Source: an uncultured delta proteobacterium
GTDB lineage: Bacteria; Desulfobacterota; Zymogenia; Zymogenales; Zymogenaceae
Direction: 5' to 3'
DNA length: 64,000 nucleotides
Assembly (NCBI GenBank): GCA_963792965.1
Contig: CAWBYW010000030.1
Span: 1 to 64,000 of the forward strand
Made by a program: the position numbers and the translations under genes. Of the stretch, positions 1 to 9,643 are shown one piece after another. Positions within the stretch are counted from its first letter, which is position 1, and every line of letters begins with the position of its first letter. The notes below the pieces were generated by a model that was not told where the DNA came from, made no database searches, and was given only the letters and a program-made list of their open reading frames with translations.

Positions 1-872
1 GCACGGTAGCCGAGGAGCATTGTGGCCTTGGCGATATCGCCGAAGGAATGTTTTATATCGCCCTCACGGGGCGGCATAAAGACGGGCTGAGCCGAAATGC
101 CCATGACCGTGCCGATCGCGTTTGTCAGTTCGATCAGATTGAGATTTGTGCCGGTGGAGATGTTCACCGCCTCCCCAAAACATGCCTCGTGCCGGCTGGC
201 AAGGATATTCGCATTGACGACATTGGCGATATAGGTAAAATCCCTCGTCTGCATACCGTCCCCGTAGATAATCGGGGGCTCTTTTTCCTTCAGCCTTGTG
301 ATGAACTTGGGGATGACCGCGGCGTATTCCGACGCGGGGTCCTGCCGCGGGCCGAAGACGTTGAAGTATCTGAGCGACACCGTCGGCAGCCCGTATACGA
401 GATAGAAGACGCGCGCGTAATATTCTCCCATGAGTTTCTGCACGGCGTACGGCGAGAGCGGCGAGGGGAGCATAGTCTCCGCCTTGGGCAGGGTTGGGGT
501 ATCGCCGTAGACCGATGAGGAAGAGGCGTAGACGAAACGGGAGACCCCGGATTCCTTTGCCGCAAGCAGTAGGTTGAGTGTCCCGTTGACATTCACGTCG
601 TGGGTAAACGAGGGCTCGCGTACCGAACGGGGGACCGACGGAACGGCGGCCTCGTGAAAGATCACGTCGACACCGTCGACCGACTTCTTCACGGCATCCG
701 CATCCCTGATGTCGCCTTCCCATATTTGGACGTCATCTTTGAACGCGGCCAGGTTCTCCCTCTTCCCGGTGGAGAAGTTATCCAGCACGTTCACCTTCTC
801 CCCGGATTTCAAGAGGGCCTCAACGATATGGGAGCCGATAAATCCTGCCCCTCCGGTAACCAAGTATTTCAT
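1..872 (-). CDS. NAD-dependent nucleotide-sugar epimerase (extended SDR, WbpP/TviC-like); 3' end lies outside the window
   Basis: Manual translation from ATG at 872: MKYLVTGGAGFIGSHIVEALL...DNFSTGKREN; the C-terminal part reads PPREGDIKHSFGDIAKATMLLGY. Absent from the ORF track because there is no stop in the window. Confidence 0.88.
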   Translation of the reverse strand, partial: MKYLVTGGAGFIGSHIVEALLKSGEKVNVLDNFSTGKRENLAAFKDDVQIWEGDIRDADAVKKSVDGVDVIFHEAAVPSVPRSVREPSFTHDVNVNGTLNLLLAAKESGVSRFVYASSSSVYGDTPTLPKAETMLPSPLSPYAVQKLMGEYYARVFYLVYGLPTVSLRYFNVFGPRQDPASEYAAVIPKFITRLKEKEPPIIYGDGMQTRDFTYIANVVNANILASRHEACFGEAVNISTGTNLNLIELTNAIGTVMGISAQPVFMPPREGDIKHSFGDIAKATMLLGYR

Positions 873-877
873 AACAC

Positions 878-2683
878 CTATCCTTCTTTATCAAAAATTC
901 CGGACACTCTCACAAAGCTGACCCCCGTCTCCCGGCAGATCTCGCTGATATAGCGTCTCGTTTCGTCGGAAAGCCGGCTGATCGCGACGATCACTTCTTC
1001 GACACCCTTTTCGTTGATGACCTGCCTGAGATCGTCCCGCGTGCCGAGGACCTCAAGGCCGTGGATGACTCTGCCGACTTTTGCGGTGTCGTCGTCCAAA
1101 AAGCCGAGCGGCGAGCGGTTGAGGCTGCCGTTATTGAGTATCTCCCGGAGCACGGCATTTCCCGAATCGCCGGCGCCGAAAATGACGATCTTCTTTTCCG
1201 CCCGCCGAACCCGATGGCTCGTGAAATATTCCTTGAAGCCGCGGAGGCTGGCCGCACGCGCCGCAATGAAAAATGTCAGGATAAAAAAATAGACGATAAT
1301 AACGGACGCCGAGTAGCCCTCAAAGAAGGTAAAGAGGAAGAGGGCAAGCGACGACACCACCGTCCCCACGAAAGACGCGTTTACAATCCGAATAATGTCC
1401 TTTAGGGTGACGTACTTCCACACGCCCCGATAAATGCCGAAGAAGTAAAACGATACCATCTGGAAGAAAATGAATATGGGCAGCGATTTCCCGATCAGCA
1501 CTTCCTCGTGACGACCGATGGAGCCTTTTCCGACGAGAAAATAGGCAAGGACGTACGACGCCGCCACGATGATGGCGTCGGCCGAGATCTCGAAGAGTAT
1601 ATATTTTTTTCTGACCAGAATCGAGGTTATCCGCAACGGCTCTTCACCGCCCAGCGAACGCTTTTCGATCTCCCTGAGGTCCAGACCCGAGAGGAAGAGT
1701 CCCAACAGGAAGAGAAACACGAGAGAGATGGTCAAGAGCAGCGTGATGAGGAGATAGTTTGCTCCCGGGAAGGCCAAGAGAACCGCGAAGCAGCCAAAGA
1801 CGAAGGAAAAGAGATAGATCGCCAGGACCGAGTTTCTCTCGGAGAGTCCCATGATGACAAGCCGATGAGAGGTGTGGTCCTTCCCCCCTTCATAGACAGG
1901 GCGACCGGATACCGTGCGGAGGATCGCGACAAATGTCGTGTCGAGGATCGGCACCGCCATGACGAGGACAGGCACGACGAGCGTAATGATGAGGTTGCTC
2001 ATATAGGTCATCGATCCGACCAGTGTCACGACCGAGAGGTAGAATCCGATGACGAGCGCGCCGCAGTCTCCCATGAAGATCTTCGCCGGGTTGAAATTGT
2101 ACCTGAGGAAGCCGAGCGCCGCCCCGCACACGATCGCCGAGAGGAGCGCCGTCTCCGACCACCCCATGATGGCCGATAGCAAGAACAGCGATACCGAGGA
2201 TATCGCGGCGATCCCGGAGGAGAGGCCGTCCATATTATCAATGAGGTTATAGGCGTTCGTGACGGCGATGATCCAGAACACGGTAAGCGGGATACCGATC
2301 AGCGGGTTGAAGTATTCCGAGTAAGCCCCGAAGATGACCACCACCGCGGCGGCGAGGGTCTCGACCAAAATCTTCAGACCGGGGGAAAGGCGTCTCAGGT
2401 CGTCCACGAGACCGAGGATGAAGATCATGGTCGTACCGACCATCAGCCCCGCGATCCTCATGTCCGAGAGGGGCCAGAACAGGATCGCGGTGACGATCAT
2501 CAGCGAAGCGTAGATGGCAATGCCGCCCATCTTCGCGGTCGGCTTGGTGTGCCACCGATCCTTCTTGATCGCCTCCATCCATCCGAGCCTCGGGGCGACC
2601 ATGACCATGATCTTCGTGCCGACAAGCGAGAGCACGAGGGCCGATACGAACGCGAGGGCGGCTTTTATGAGTGAAAATTCCAT
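878..2683 (-). CDS. WecA/MraY-like undecaprenyl-phosphate HexNAc-1-phosphate transferase fused to a PglF/CapD N-terminal-like membrane plus Rossmann domain
   Basis: Motifs GLVDDL, NAYNLIDNMDGL, FMGDCG, DHTSHRL; C-terminal IVIFGAGDSG...GFLDDD...EEVIVAI after about 4 extra hydrophobic helices. Confidence 0.85.
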   Translation of the reverse strand: MEFSLIKAALAFVSALVLSLVGTKIMVMVAPRLGWMEAIKKDRWHTKPTAKMGGIAIYASLMIVTAILFWPLSDMRIAGLMVGTTMIFILGLVDDLRRLSPGLKILVETLAAAVVVIFGAYSEYFNPLIGIPLTVFWIIAVTNAYNLIDNMDGLSSGIAAISSVSLFLLSAIMGWSETALLSAIVCGAALGFLRYNFNPAKIFMGDCGALVIGFYLSVVTLVGSMTYMSNLIITLVVPVLVMAVPILDTTFVAILRTVSGRPVYEGGKDHTSHRLVIMGLSERNSVLAIYLFSFVFGCFAVLLAFPGANYLLITLLLTISLVFLFLLGLFLSGLDLREIEKRSLGGEEPLRITSILVRKKYILFEISADAIIVAASYVLAYFLVGKGSIGRHEEVLIGKSLPIFIFFQMVSFYFFGIYRGVWKYVTLKDIIRIVNASFVGTVVSSLALFLFTFFEGYSASVIIVYFFILTFFIAARAASLRGFKEYFTSHRVRRAEKKIVIFGAGDSGNAVLREILNNGSLNRSPLGFLDDDTAKVGRVIHGLEVLGTRDDLRQVINEKGVEEVIVAISRLSDETRRYISEICRETGVSFVRVSGIFDKEG

Positions 2684-3658
2684 TTATCTTTCGCAGTGCT
2701 CGATGACGCTCCGTATGATGTCATCGATATTCCTCTTGGGGACGTATCCGATAAGCCCCCTGATCTTCGTAAGGTCGGGGCAGCGCCGCTCCATGTCCTC
2801 AAATCCGGGGCCGTACACCCGCTCATACGGAATATGCTCGATGGTCGATCCGCTCCGGGTGGAGGCGATGATCTTTTGGGCCAGCTCGTTGATCGTGATC
2901 TCCTCGCCGCTCCCGATGTTGACGATCTGACCTATCGCGTCGGGGCACTCCATGAGGGCGACCATCGCCCCGACGACGTCCGCGACGTGGGTGAAGCTTC
3001 TGGACTGATTTCCACTGCCGAAGACCCCGAGCGGCTTGCCCAAGAGCGCGCTCTTAACGAAAGTCGGGATCACCATTCCGTAGCGCCCGGTTTGCCGGGG
3101 TCCGACGGTATTGAAAAGGCGCGTGATGATAACCGGGAGCCCCTTTGCGTCGTGATAGGCGAGCGCCAGGAATTCGTCGAGCGCCTTGGAGCAGGCGTAG
3201 GCCCACCTCCGTTTGCTGGTGGGGCCCATGAGGAGATCGTTCTCTTCGCTCAGGGTGCCCCCGCCGTCCTTGATGTCCATCGCCTTGCCGTATACCTCGG
3301 ACGTGGAGGTGATGAGTACCTTGCGCTTGAAGAGATTTGCCATGGTGAGCACCACCTCGGTCCCGCTGACGTTGGTTTCGATGGTCTCCACCGGGTTTTC
3401 CATGATAAGCCGCACCCCGACCGCCGCCGCCAGGTGATAGATCTCATCGCATTTTCCGGCAAGCTCATTCATCACCCCGCCGTTGAGCACCGAGTCGATG
3501 ACGACGTGGCATCTCGGGTTTTTCTTTATCCCCTCGATATTCTCGAGCCTGCCGGTTGAGAGGTTGTCGATGAGGTAAACCTCATGCCCCCTGTCGAGGA
3601 TTGCTTCGGCCAGGTGAGAGCCGATGAACCCGGCGCCGCCCGTAATCAGGATATTCAT
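2684..3658 (-). CDS. NAD-dependent epimerase/dehydratase (extended SDR)
   Basis: ITGGAGFIGSHL, STSEVYG, YACSK (YxxxK), RLFNTVGPRQ. Confidence 0.9.
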   Translation of the reverse strand: MNILITGGAGFIGSHLAEAILDRGHEVYLIDNLSTGRLENIEGIKKNPRCHVVIDSVLNGGVMNELAGKCDEIYHLAAAVGVRLIMENPVETIETNVSGTEVVLTMANLFKRKVLITSTSEVYGKAMDIKDGGGTLSEENDLLMGPTSKRRWAYACSKALDEFLALAYHDAKGLPVIITRLFNTVGPRQTGRYGMVIPTFVKSALLGKPLGVFGSGNQSRSFTHVADVVGAMVALMECPDAIGQIVNIGSGEEITINELAQKIIASTRSGSTIEHIPYERVYGPGFEDMERRCPDLTKIRGLIGYVPKRNIDDIIRSVIEHCER

Positions 3659-4872
3659 ACCATCCCCAGTGCGTCAAGATAGAGAAATCTGATATCTTTT
3701 ATCAGGCGCCCCCGGTCATACGTTTCGTACGCGAAGGCGCGGGCGTCTCGGACGATCTTCTCGGCCGTCTCGTGATCGAGAAGGAGGCGCTCGAGACCCC
3801 ACGCCACGCCTTCGGCGTCGGACGGCGCCGCCATGATGCCCCTCGGGCACACCCGTGGGAGGTCTGTCCGGGGCCCACCGAGAAGATCAGGGACACCGCC
3901 GACCGCGGTGGCGACCACCGGTTTACCTGTGGCCATCGCCTCGATGATGGTGACGGGTGTCCCCTCATTATCCGAGGTCAACGCGAGGGCATCGAGCCCC
4001 GCGTAGACCTCCCCCATGTCTCGTCTCCAGCCCATGAATGATACCCTGTCGGCAATACCGAGCTCACGCGCAAAATCGGAAAGTTCCTCGCCGAGCTCTC
4101 CGTCTCCGACCACCGCAAACCGCACGTGCGAACAATTCCTATCCGCCAACACCTGGGCCGCGGCCGAGAGGAAGAGGCGATGATTCTTAATGGCCGTGAG
4201 CCTCCCGACGATCCCCACGAGTTTTTCGCCGTCGAGGCAGCCGGCATCCCTCCGGAAAATCCGTCCTCCATCCGGGGCATTCTCGATGAAGGAAAAATCA
4301 AAGCCGAGCCGGATAACGACGACCTTCTTCTCGGGGACGACCCGATAGGTATCAACGATGTCCTCTTTCTGAAGGGGGCTGATCACGACCACTCTTTCGC
4401 AGACGTAAGAGAGCGCCCGTTCAATATACGTAAAGACCCGGGTCTTGACCGGGCCGAAATAACCGTAAAAAATATGGCCGTGATACGTATGAAATATCTT
4501 AATCTTCTTATTCCGAAAAATCAAGGCAAACTTTAGGAGCGCCCCGGCGATCCTGCCGAGGGTTCCGGCTTTGGCGAGGTGGGTATGAATGATGTCCGGC
4601 TGTTCCCGGAACATGAGCACGAGCAGCCGGCAGAAGGAGACGATGTCTCCGAAAACGGTGATCTCCCTGCCGAGCGTGGAAATAGAGACCGGTCTGACGC
4701 CCAGCTCCCGAGCCAGGTAACCCATGTCTCCCTCATCGTCTCCCACGACGCCCGTGACGAGGATATTTTCGAAGACGCCGGGGTCAAGCCATCGCGTCAA
4801 CAGGAGAGCATGTATTGCGGGCCCCCCGACGTTGAGCCGGGTAATGATGCGCATGACCTTTATCTTTTTCAC
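3655..4872 (-). CDS. Glycosyltransferase family 4 (GT-B)
   Basis: RLNVGGPA, HTHLAKAG, SDNEGTPVTIIEAMA (EX7E). The start is taken as the GTG at 4872, which overlaps the upstream stop (GTGA). Confidence 0.88.
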   Translation of the reverse strand: MKKIKVMRIITRLNVGGPAIHALLLTRWLDPGVFENILVTGVVGDDEGDMGYLARELGVRPVSISTLGREITVFGDIVSFCRLLVLMFREQPDIIHTHLAKAGTLGRIAGALLKFALIFRNKKIKIFHTYHGHIFYGYFGPVKTRVFTYIERALSYVCERVVVISPLQKEDIVDTYRVVPEKKVVVIRLGFDFSFIENAPDGGRIFRRDAGCLDGEKLVGIVGRLTAIKNHRLFLSAAAQVLADRNCSHVRFAVVGDGELGEELSDFARELGIADRVSFMGWRRDMGEVYAGLDALALTSDNEGTPVTIIEAMATGKPVVATAVGGVPDLLGGPRTDLPRVCPRGIMAAPSDAEGVAWGLERLLLDHETAEKIVRDARAFAYETYDRGRLIKDIRFLYLDALGMV

Positions 4873-6796
4873 GACGGCGCTCTCCTCTTTCTTTTCTCCT
4901 CCCACCACTGCAGGGCAAAGATATTCCACAACAGGAAAGTGAAATCATGCTCGTTTCGCTTGTGCATACGATAGATCTCTTGGACCCGCTCATAACGGAA
5001 GACCCCGAGGGACTTCACCGCATCCGGCGTCACCACGTCAAAAAAGAGCGGAGCGAGTCCTCCCTTGAGCCATTCCCCGATAGGCATCTCGAATCCTTTT
5101 TTCGACCGGCCGATTACCTTTTTTGGGAGGAGATCGACAAAAGCGTCCTCAAGGATCCTCTTCTTGCGCGTACCCGCGAGCTTATAGGCCCCGGGCATGC
5201 TGAAGGCAAGCTCTACGATGGAGGGCTCCAAAAAGGGGACCCGCACCTCAAGCGAGTTTTGCATGCTCATGAGGTCGACCTTCGTCAGCATGTCGCCGGG
5301 AAGGACGAGGTTGAGGTCCGTCCAGAGCATCCTGTTTTTCGTGTCGCCGTCAAACGAGCCGAAGAGGCCCTCGACGAGCCTCTGCGCGTCCCCCCGGCGA
5401 AAGCGGCCCCCCACACGGTCGGCCAAGAGCCTCTCGCCCTCCTCCCCCGATAGCACCGAGAGCCATCGGAAGTGCCGCTCATGCGGCAGAAGGCGCGTCT
5501 CCCTCGATGAATCTGCGGGCCTTTCGCGCCGCCTCCCCGAGCCGGCTCCCCTTGGACTGGGGCAGGGCGTAAAGCAGTGGCCGGACGAGCCCGTCGCGAA
5601 GAAAGGGGGGCATCAGCGCCCACCACCGATAGAGCTCTTCGCCGAGATATTTCCAGTAGCCCCCGAAGACCTCGTCGGCCCCGTCGCCGGAAAGAGCCAC
5701 CGTAACCTTTTCTCGGGTCTTTTTTGCCACGAGGTAGCTCGGGACGACCGAAAAATCGGCGAAGGGCTCATCCAGACAGTCCATCACGGCCGGGATCAGG
5801 TCCAGGAGATCGGTGCTCTTCAGGTCGTGGATCGTCGCGGTGACGCGCTCATTTTTTTCGACGACGGCCCGCGCATAGTCGGTCTCATCGAAAAGCCCGT
5901 CGGAGCCGAAACCGATCGTAAATGTCTTGATATCCCCCCCGAGCCGGTTCATGACCCCGGTGATAATGGAGGAGTCAAGCCCTCCGCTCAGAAATGCGCC
6001 GAGGGGAACGTCCGAGACAAGCTCCCGCGCAACCGACGACTCGATTTGCTCCCTGAGCTCACGACGCGCCTGGTCGTAGTCAGGCGTTACCTTGTCTTTC
6101 GATTCTCTCGGCCAGATCGTAGTAACGCGACACCCTGATCCCGGAGGCGTCGACCCTCAATAGATGGCCGGGGGGAAGCTTCTTGATCCCCCGATAGATC
6201 CCCGCGGGGGCCGGGATATAGCCGAGAGAGAGGTAGAGACACAGCCCCTCCTCGTCGATTTCTTGTGTGACCATCCCGGAGGCCAGGATCCCCTTGAGCT
6301 CGGAGGAAAAGATAAAGATGTCTCCGTCGTGATAGTAATGCAACGGCTTTATACCGAAGGGGTCCCGGGCGGCGAAAAGACAACGATTTTTTTCGTCCCA
6401 GATTGCGAACGCGAACATCCCGTTAAGGCGGTCAACGATTCCGTCTCCCCACTCGGAAAATCCCTTCAGGATTACCTCGGTGTCCGAGTGGGAAAAGAAA
6501 GTGTGGCCGCGCGACTGGAGCTCTTGTCGGATCTGGGCAAAATTGTAGATCTCGCCGTTGTAAACAATGACGAGCCTTCCATCCTCGGTCTCCATCGGCT
6601 GATGGCCGGCGCCGCTCAGATCTATGATCGAGAGCCTCCGGTGCCCGAGGCCCACCGACGGACTGCCTCCCCTCGGGGAGAGATAGACTCCCTCGTCGTC
6701 AGGGCCGCGGTGCGCCATGGTATCTCTCATGGTCACCAGTCGCCCTTCTTCAACGGCGCGGCCGTCGGTCCGCACGATTCCCACGATGCCGCACAT
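4869..6796 (-). CDS. asnB: Asparagine synthase (glutamine-hydrolyzing)-like amidotransferase; two frameshifts (about 6095 and 5490)
   Basis: N-terminal MCGIVG, HRGPD, RRLSIID and NGEIYN; then LSGGLDSS and LSGDGADEVFGGY in a second frame; LTKVDLMSMQNSLEVRVPFL and KKGF in a third frame. Confidence 0.88.
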
Positions 6797-8439
6797 TAGT
6801 GCCCCTTCCCTCCCCAGAGCTCATCAAAAAGCGCCCTCGCGTCCTCGACCACGTCGCCGGCCGGGCCCACGTAAAGGATATCCTTGTCCCTCACCATCTG
6901 TTCGACGCGTCGCCAAACAACGTCTTTCCCCTCGGGCCCTCCCAGGGCGTTGCCGTATGCCTCGCAGAAAGCGCGCCGTGCCGCCGCGCCTACGGCCCCG
7001 GGGGTGGAGAGAAAGATCTGGGCCAGGTTCTTCGCCCTCCTCCTGGCCGAGACCTCGTGGCCGAACGAGACGCTGTCCAGGTCGAGGAGCGAAAAGACGA
7101 AATCCGACCCATTCCTCTGTACGGCGATGTTGGTCCCTTTCAGGTCCCGGTGGTAGACGCCGGCCCGGTGAAGGCGGCCGACGAACGTGCCGAGCGCACC
7201 GGCAAACGAGGCGATCGTCCGCGCGTTGCCCGCGAGCTCTTTCAGGATGAAACGATCCATCTCGAGGTCCGGGCGAATCGACGCGGACATAAGATAGATC
7301 GCCCGCGGGACGAAAAAGCGCCGGGCAACCACCAGGCACAGCTGCCGCGGGGTCTCAAATCCCCTCAGATTCAGCGCGCGTGCCGAGCGCCAGCTGACGT
7401 GCCCCCGTGATGAACGCAGCATCGCCCTGATCTTTTCCGAGAGCGTCAGGCCAAGGTACGCCTTGACGCAGATTTCCTTCGGGCCCGACCGAAGAAGGGC
7501 GATCGTCGCTTTCCTGTCCCGTTTGATCACCTTCCCGGAGCCCTGGGCAAAATCACGAAGGATCCGCTCGACCTCATCGATCTTGATCACGCGCGCCGCG
7601 TAGATGACCCCGTCGCGGCGTCTGGTCACGGTGAACTCAGTCGAGTTCTTAAAGCATCGCCGGGTGCGGCTGGCCAGCCTCACTTCCTCGATTCTTTTGA
7701 TTCGGTTATCTATGTGACGCCGGGCATCGCTGATCTCCCAGCGCGCGTCCGGGTTTTCGGCCTTATAGCGTGAGAGGAAGAAGTCGATGTCCCCATCGCC
7801 GAGCGAGGGGAGCAGTGAATGGAGGAGATCGGCGATGTTTCCTATCCCCCTTTTTGCGGACATGTCGCGGGGAAACGTGGAGCGGTGCAGGTCGATAACC
7901 CACGGCACGGAGCCGCCGCCGTCGCGGCGGGCCGTCAGAAGATTGCCCGCGTGATAATCGCGGTGGTGAAAGCGGGCCCGGTGCAGTCGCGCGGTGACGG
8001 CGGCCAGAGACGAGAGGTATCTCTCCTTTTGATTCGGGGCCGCCTTCAGAAAGAGGTCCCACATAACAGCGGCGCCCCGGACCGCCCGAAAGATGATAAC
8101 CGCGCGGTCCTTACAGGGATGTCCGCTACCCACCGCTATGACCTCGGGGGTCCTGATCCCCTTCCCGTCGAGATAGCGGGAGGCGAGGAATTCCTTTTGG
8201 GCGACATGGCCTAACAACAGCGACTTGAGCGTCCGGCCGAGTCCCCCATCCTTGAAGACCTTCACGAAATAGGTCTCATCTCCTACCCGATAGAGCCCCC
8301 TGATCCTCACTCGGTTTTCGCTGACGCCGGTAAGAACTCCCCCCTTTTCGAAGTCCACCGTGAGGAGGTCTTGGGCGCCCTCTCGGTATATCCAGTCGAT
8401 TGCAGCTATCCGTTTTTTCTGGTAGTGTCCTCTCTCCAT
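6796..8439 (-). CDS. Lipopolysaccharide kinase (Kdo/WaaP/InaA family) with two tandem kinase domains
   Basis: Two catalytic-loop sets: FVKVF...HHRDYHAGN...VIDL and CVKAY...YHRDLKGTN...LLDLD; located in the LPS cluster. Confidence 0.8.
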   Translation of the reverse strand: MERGHYQKKRIAAIDWIYREGAQDLLTVDFEKGGVLTGVSENRVRIRGLYRVGDETYFVKVFKDGGLGRTLKSLLLGHVAQKEFLASRYLDGKGIRTPEVIAVGSGHPCKDRAVIIFRAVRGAAVMWDLFLKAAPNQKERYLSSLAAVTARLHRARFHHRDYHAGNLLTARRDGGGSVPWVIDLHRSTFPRDMSAKRGIGNIADLLHSLLPSLGDGDIDFFLSRYKAENPDARWEISDARRHIDNRIKRIEEVRLASRTRRCFKNSTEFTVTRRRDGVIYAARVIKIDEVERILRDFAQGSGKVIKRDRKATIALLRSGPKEICVKAYLGLTLSEKIRAMLRSSRGHVSWRSARALNLRGFETPRQLCLVVARRFFVPRAIYLMSASIRPDLEMDRFILKELAGNARTIASFAGALGTFVGRLHRAGVYHRDLKGTNIAVQRNGSDFVFSLLDLDSVSFGHEVSARRRAKNLAQIFLSTPGAVGAAARRAFCEAYGNALGGPEGKDVVWRRVEQMVRDKDILYVGPAGDVVEDARALFDELWGGKGH

Positions 8440-8511
8440 AGTATCTTGGGTAGTCCCCTATTGGTGAAGAGCCCTGATCGGCTCACGAGCAAAGCCTGGA
8501 CGATTCGCGTC

Positions 8512-9594
8512 TCACTTCCTCGTGGGCGACAGCACGACTTCATCGATGACCGTGCCCCGGTCGTCCAGCGCCCTCACCGTGTCGCGCCCGCCTCCTATGT
8601 CCATGATCAAGAACTCATGCGTCTCTTTCCAGAGCTCCTTTTTCCCTACCAGCCATGCATACGGGCTCCTCTGGTTGACCGGGTAGACCTTTCCCCCGCC
8701 TCCCCCGGAGATGAAAAAGGGGAATCCCCAGTGTGTCCTTCCGCGCATATAGTGATGGTCGTGCCCCGAGAATATGGCCGAAACACCGGCCCTGCCCATG
8801 AGGGGCAGCAGCGGCTTCAACCCGATGAAGCCCCTCCTCAGACCCTTATAGCTTACCGGCCCGAGGTGCGCGAAGACGAAGACGTGGCGTATATCGTTTC
8901 TCGCCAGGAGGCCTCTCAAAGTCCTGATGAGCCAGAAGCCGTGGTGAAAAAAGAGCATGTCGTTTCGTGAATCAAGGAAGATAAAATAATCTGAGGTGAC
9001 CTGGGCCGTAAAGTAATAGAATCCCTCGGGCGTGCCGTTGTGCCTCCCCACGTAGCGGTCAAAGAGTGCCGTGCCGTGCTTGGCGTCATGATTGCCGATG
9101 ATCGACAGGAATGGGACGTGATCCAACAGCATCCCGGCCATCTCGAAGAAAGAGAGCCAGCACTCCTTGTTTCTGCCTGACGACACCAGATCGCCGAGGA
9201 TCACGATGAAGTCCGGCCGCTGATTATCGATGTGAGATACGAGCTTCTTAAAACCCTCGGCGGGCGCATGGAGATCGCCGATGATGGCCACCCGATACGG
9301 TCCCTTTTCGGGCAGCGTTCGAAAGGTGCCCCGAAACGTTACCCGGCCCTCCGAAATCACCGAATAGTCGTAGACGCTGCCGGGGGTAAGCTCCCCGAGA
9401 GTAATCCGGTGTAGACAATCCCGTGCCCGGTCACTGGCGGTGACCTTACTCTTCCCCCGCTGTGCATACGTGATGGCGCCCGCAGACTCCCGCTCGGTTT
9501 CCCACAGGACGGTCATGGTGTCCGCGCCGGGGCGCGTCAGGACCGGGCCGATGATAAGCGGATTATCTCTTATGTCGCCTCTCGCTTTCGCCAC
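8512..9594 (-). CDS. Calcineurin-like metallophosphoesterase with N-terminal FN3-like domain, no evident signal peptide
   Basis: GDLH, LGDLV, GNHD, AH, GHDHHY, SGGGG motifs; GGGAGAG upstream of the GTG start. Confidence 0.82.
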   Translation of the reverse strand: MAKARGDIRDNPLIIGPVLTRPGADTMTVLWETERESAGAITYAQRGKSKVTASDRARDCLHRITLGELTPGSVYDYSVISEGRVTFRGTFRTLPEKGPYRVAIIGDLHAPAEGFKKLVSHIDNQRPDFIVILGDLVSSGRNKECWLSFFEMAGMLLDHVPFLSIIGNHDAKHGTALFDRYVGRHNGTPEGFYYFTAQVTSDYFIFLDSRNDMLFFHHGFWLIRTLRGLLARNDIRHVFVFAHLGPVSYKGLRRGFIGLKPLLPLMGRAGVSAIFSGHDHHYMRGRTHWGFPFFISGGGGGKVYPVNQRSPYAWLVGKKELWKETHEFLIMDIGGGRDTVRALDDRGTVIDEVVLSPTRK

Positions 9595-9643
9595 GGCGTT
9601 CAGCTCTCCCGTCTCACCCGAGAAGTATATCCTAATTCCACGA

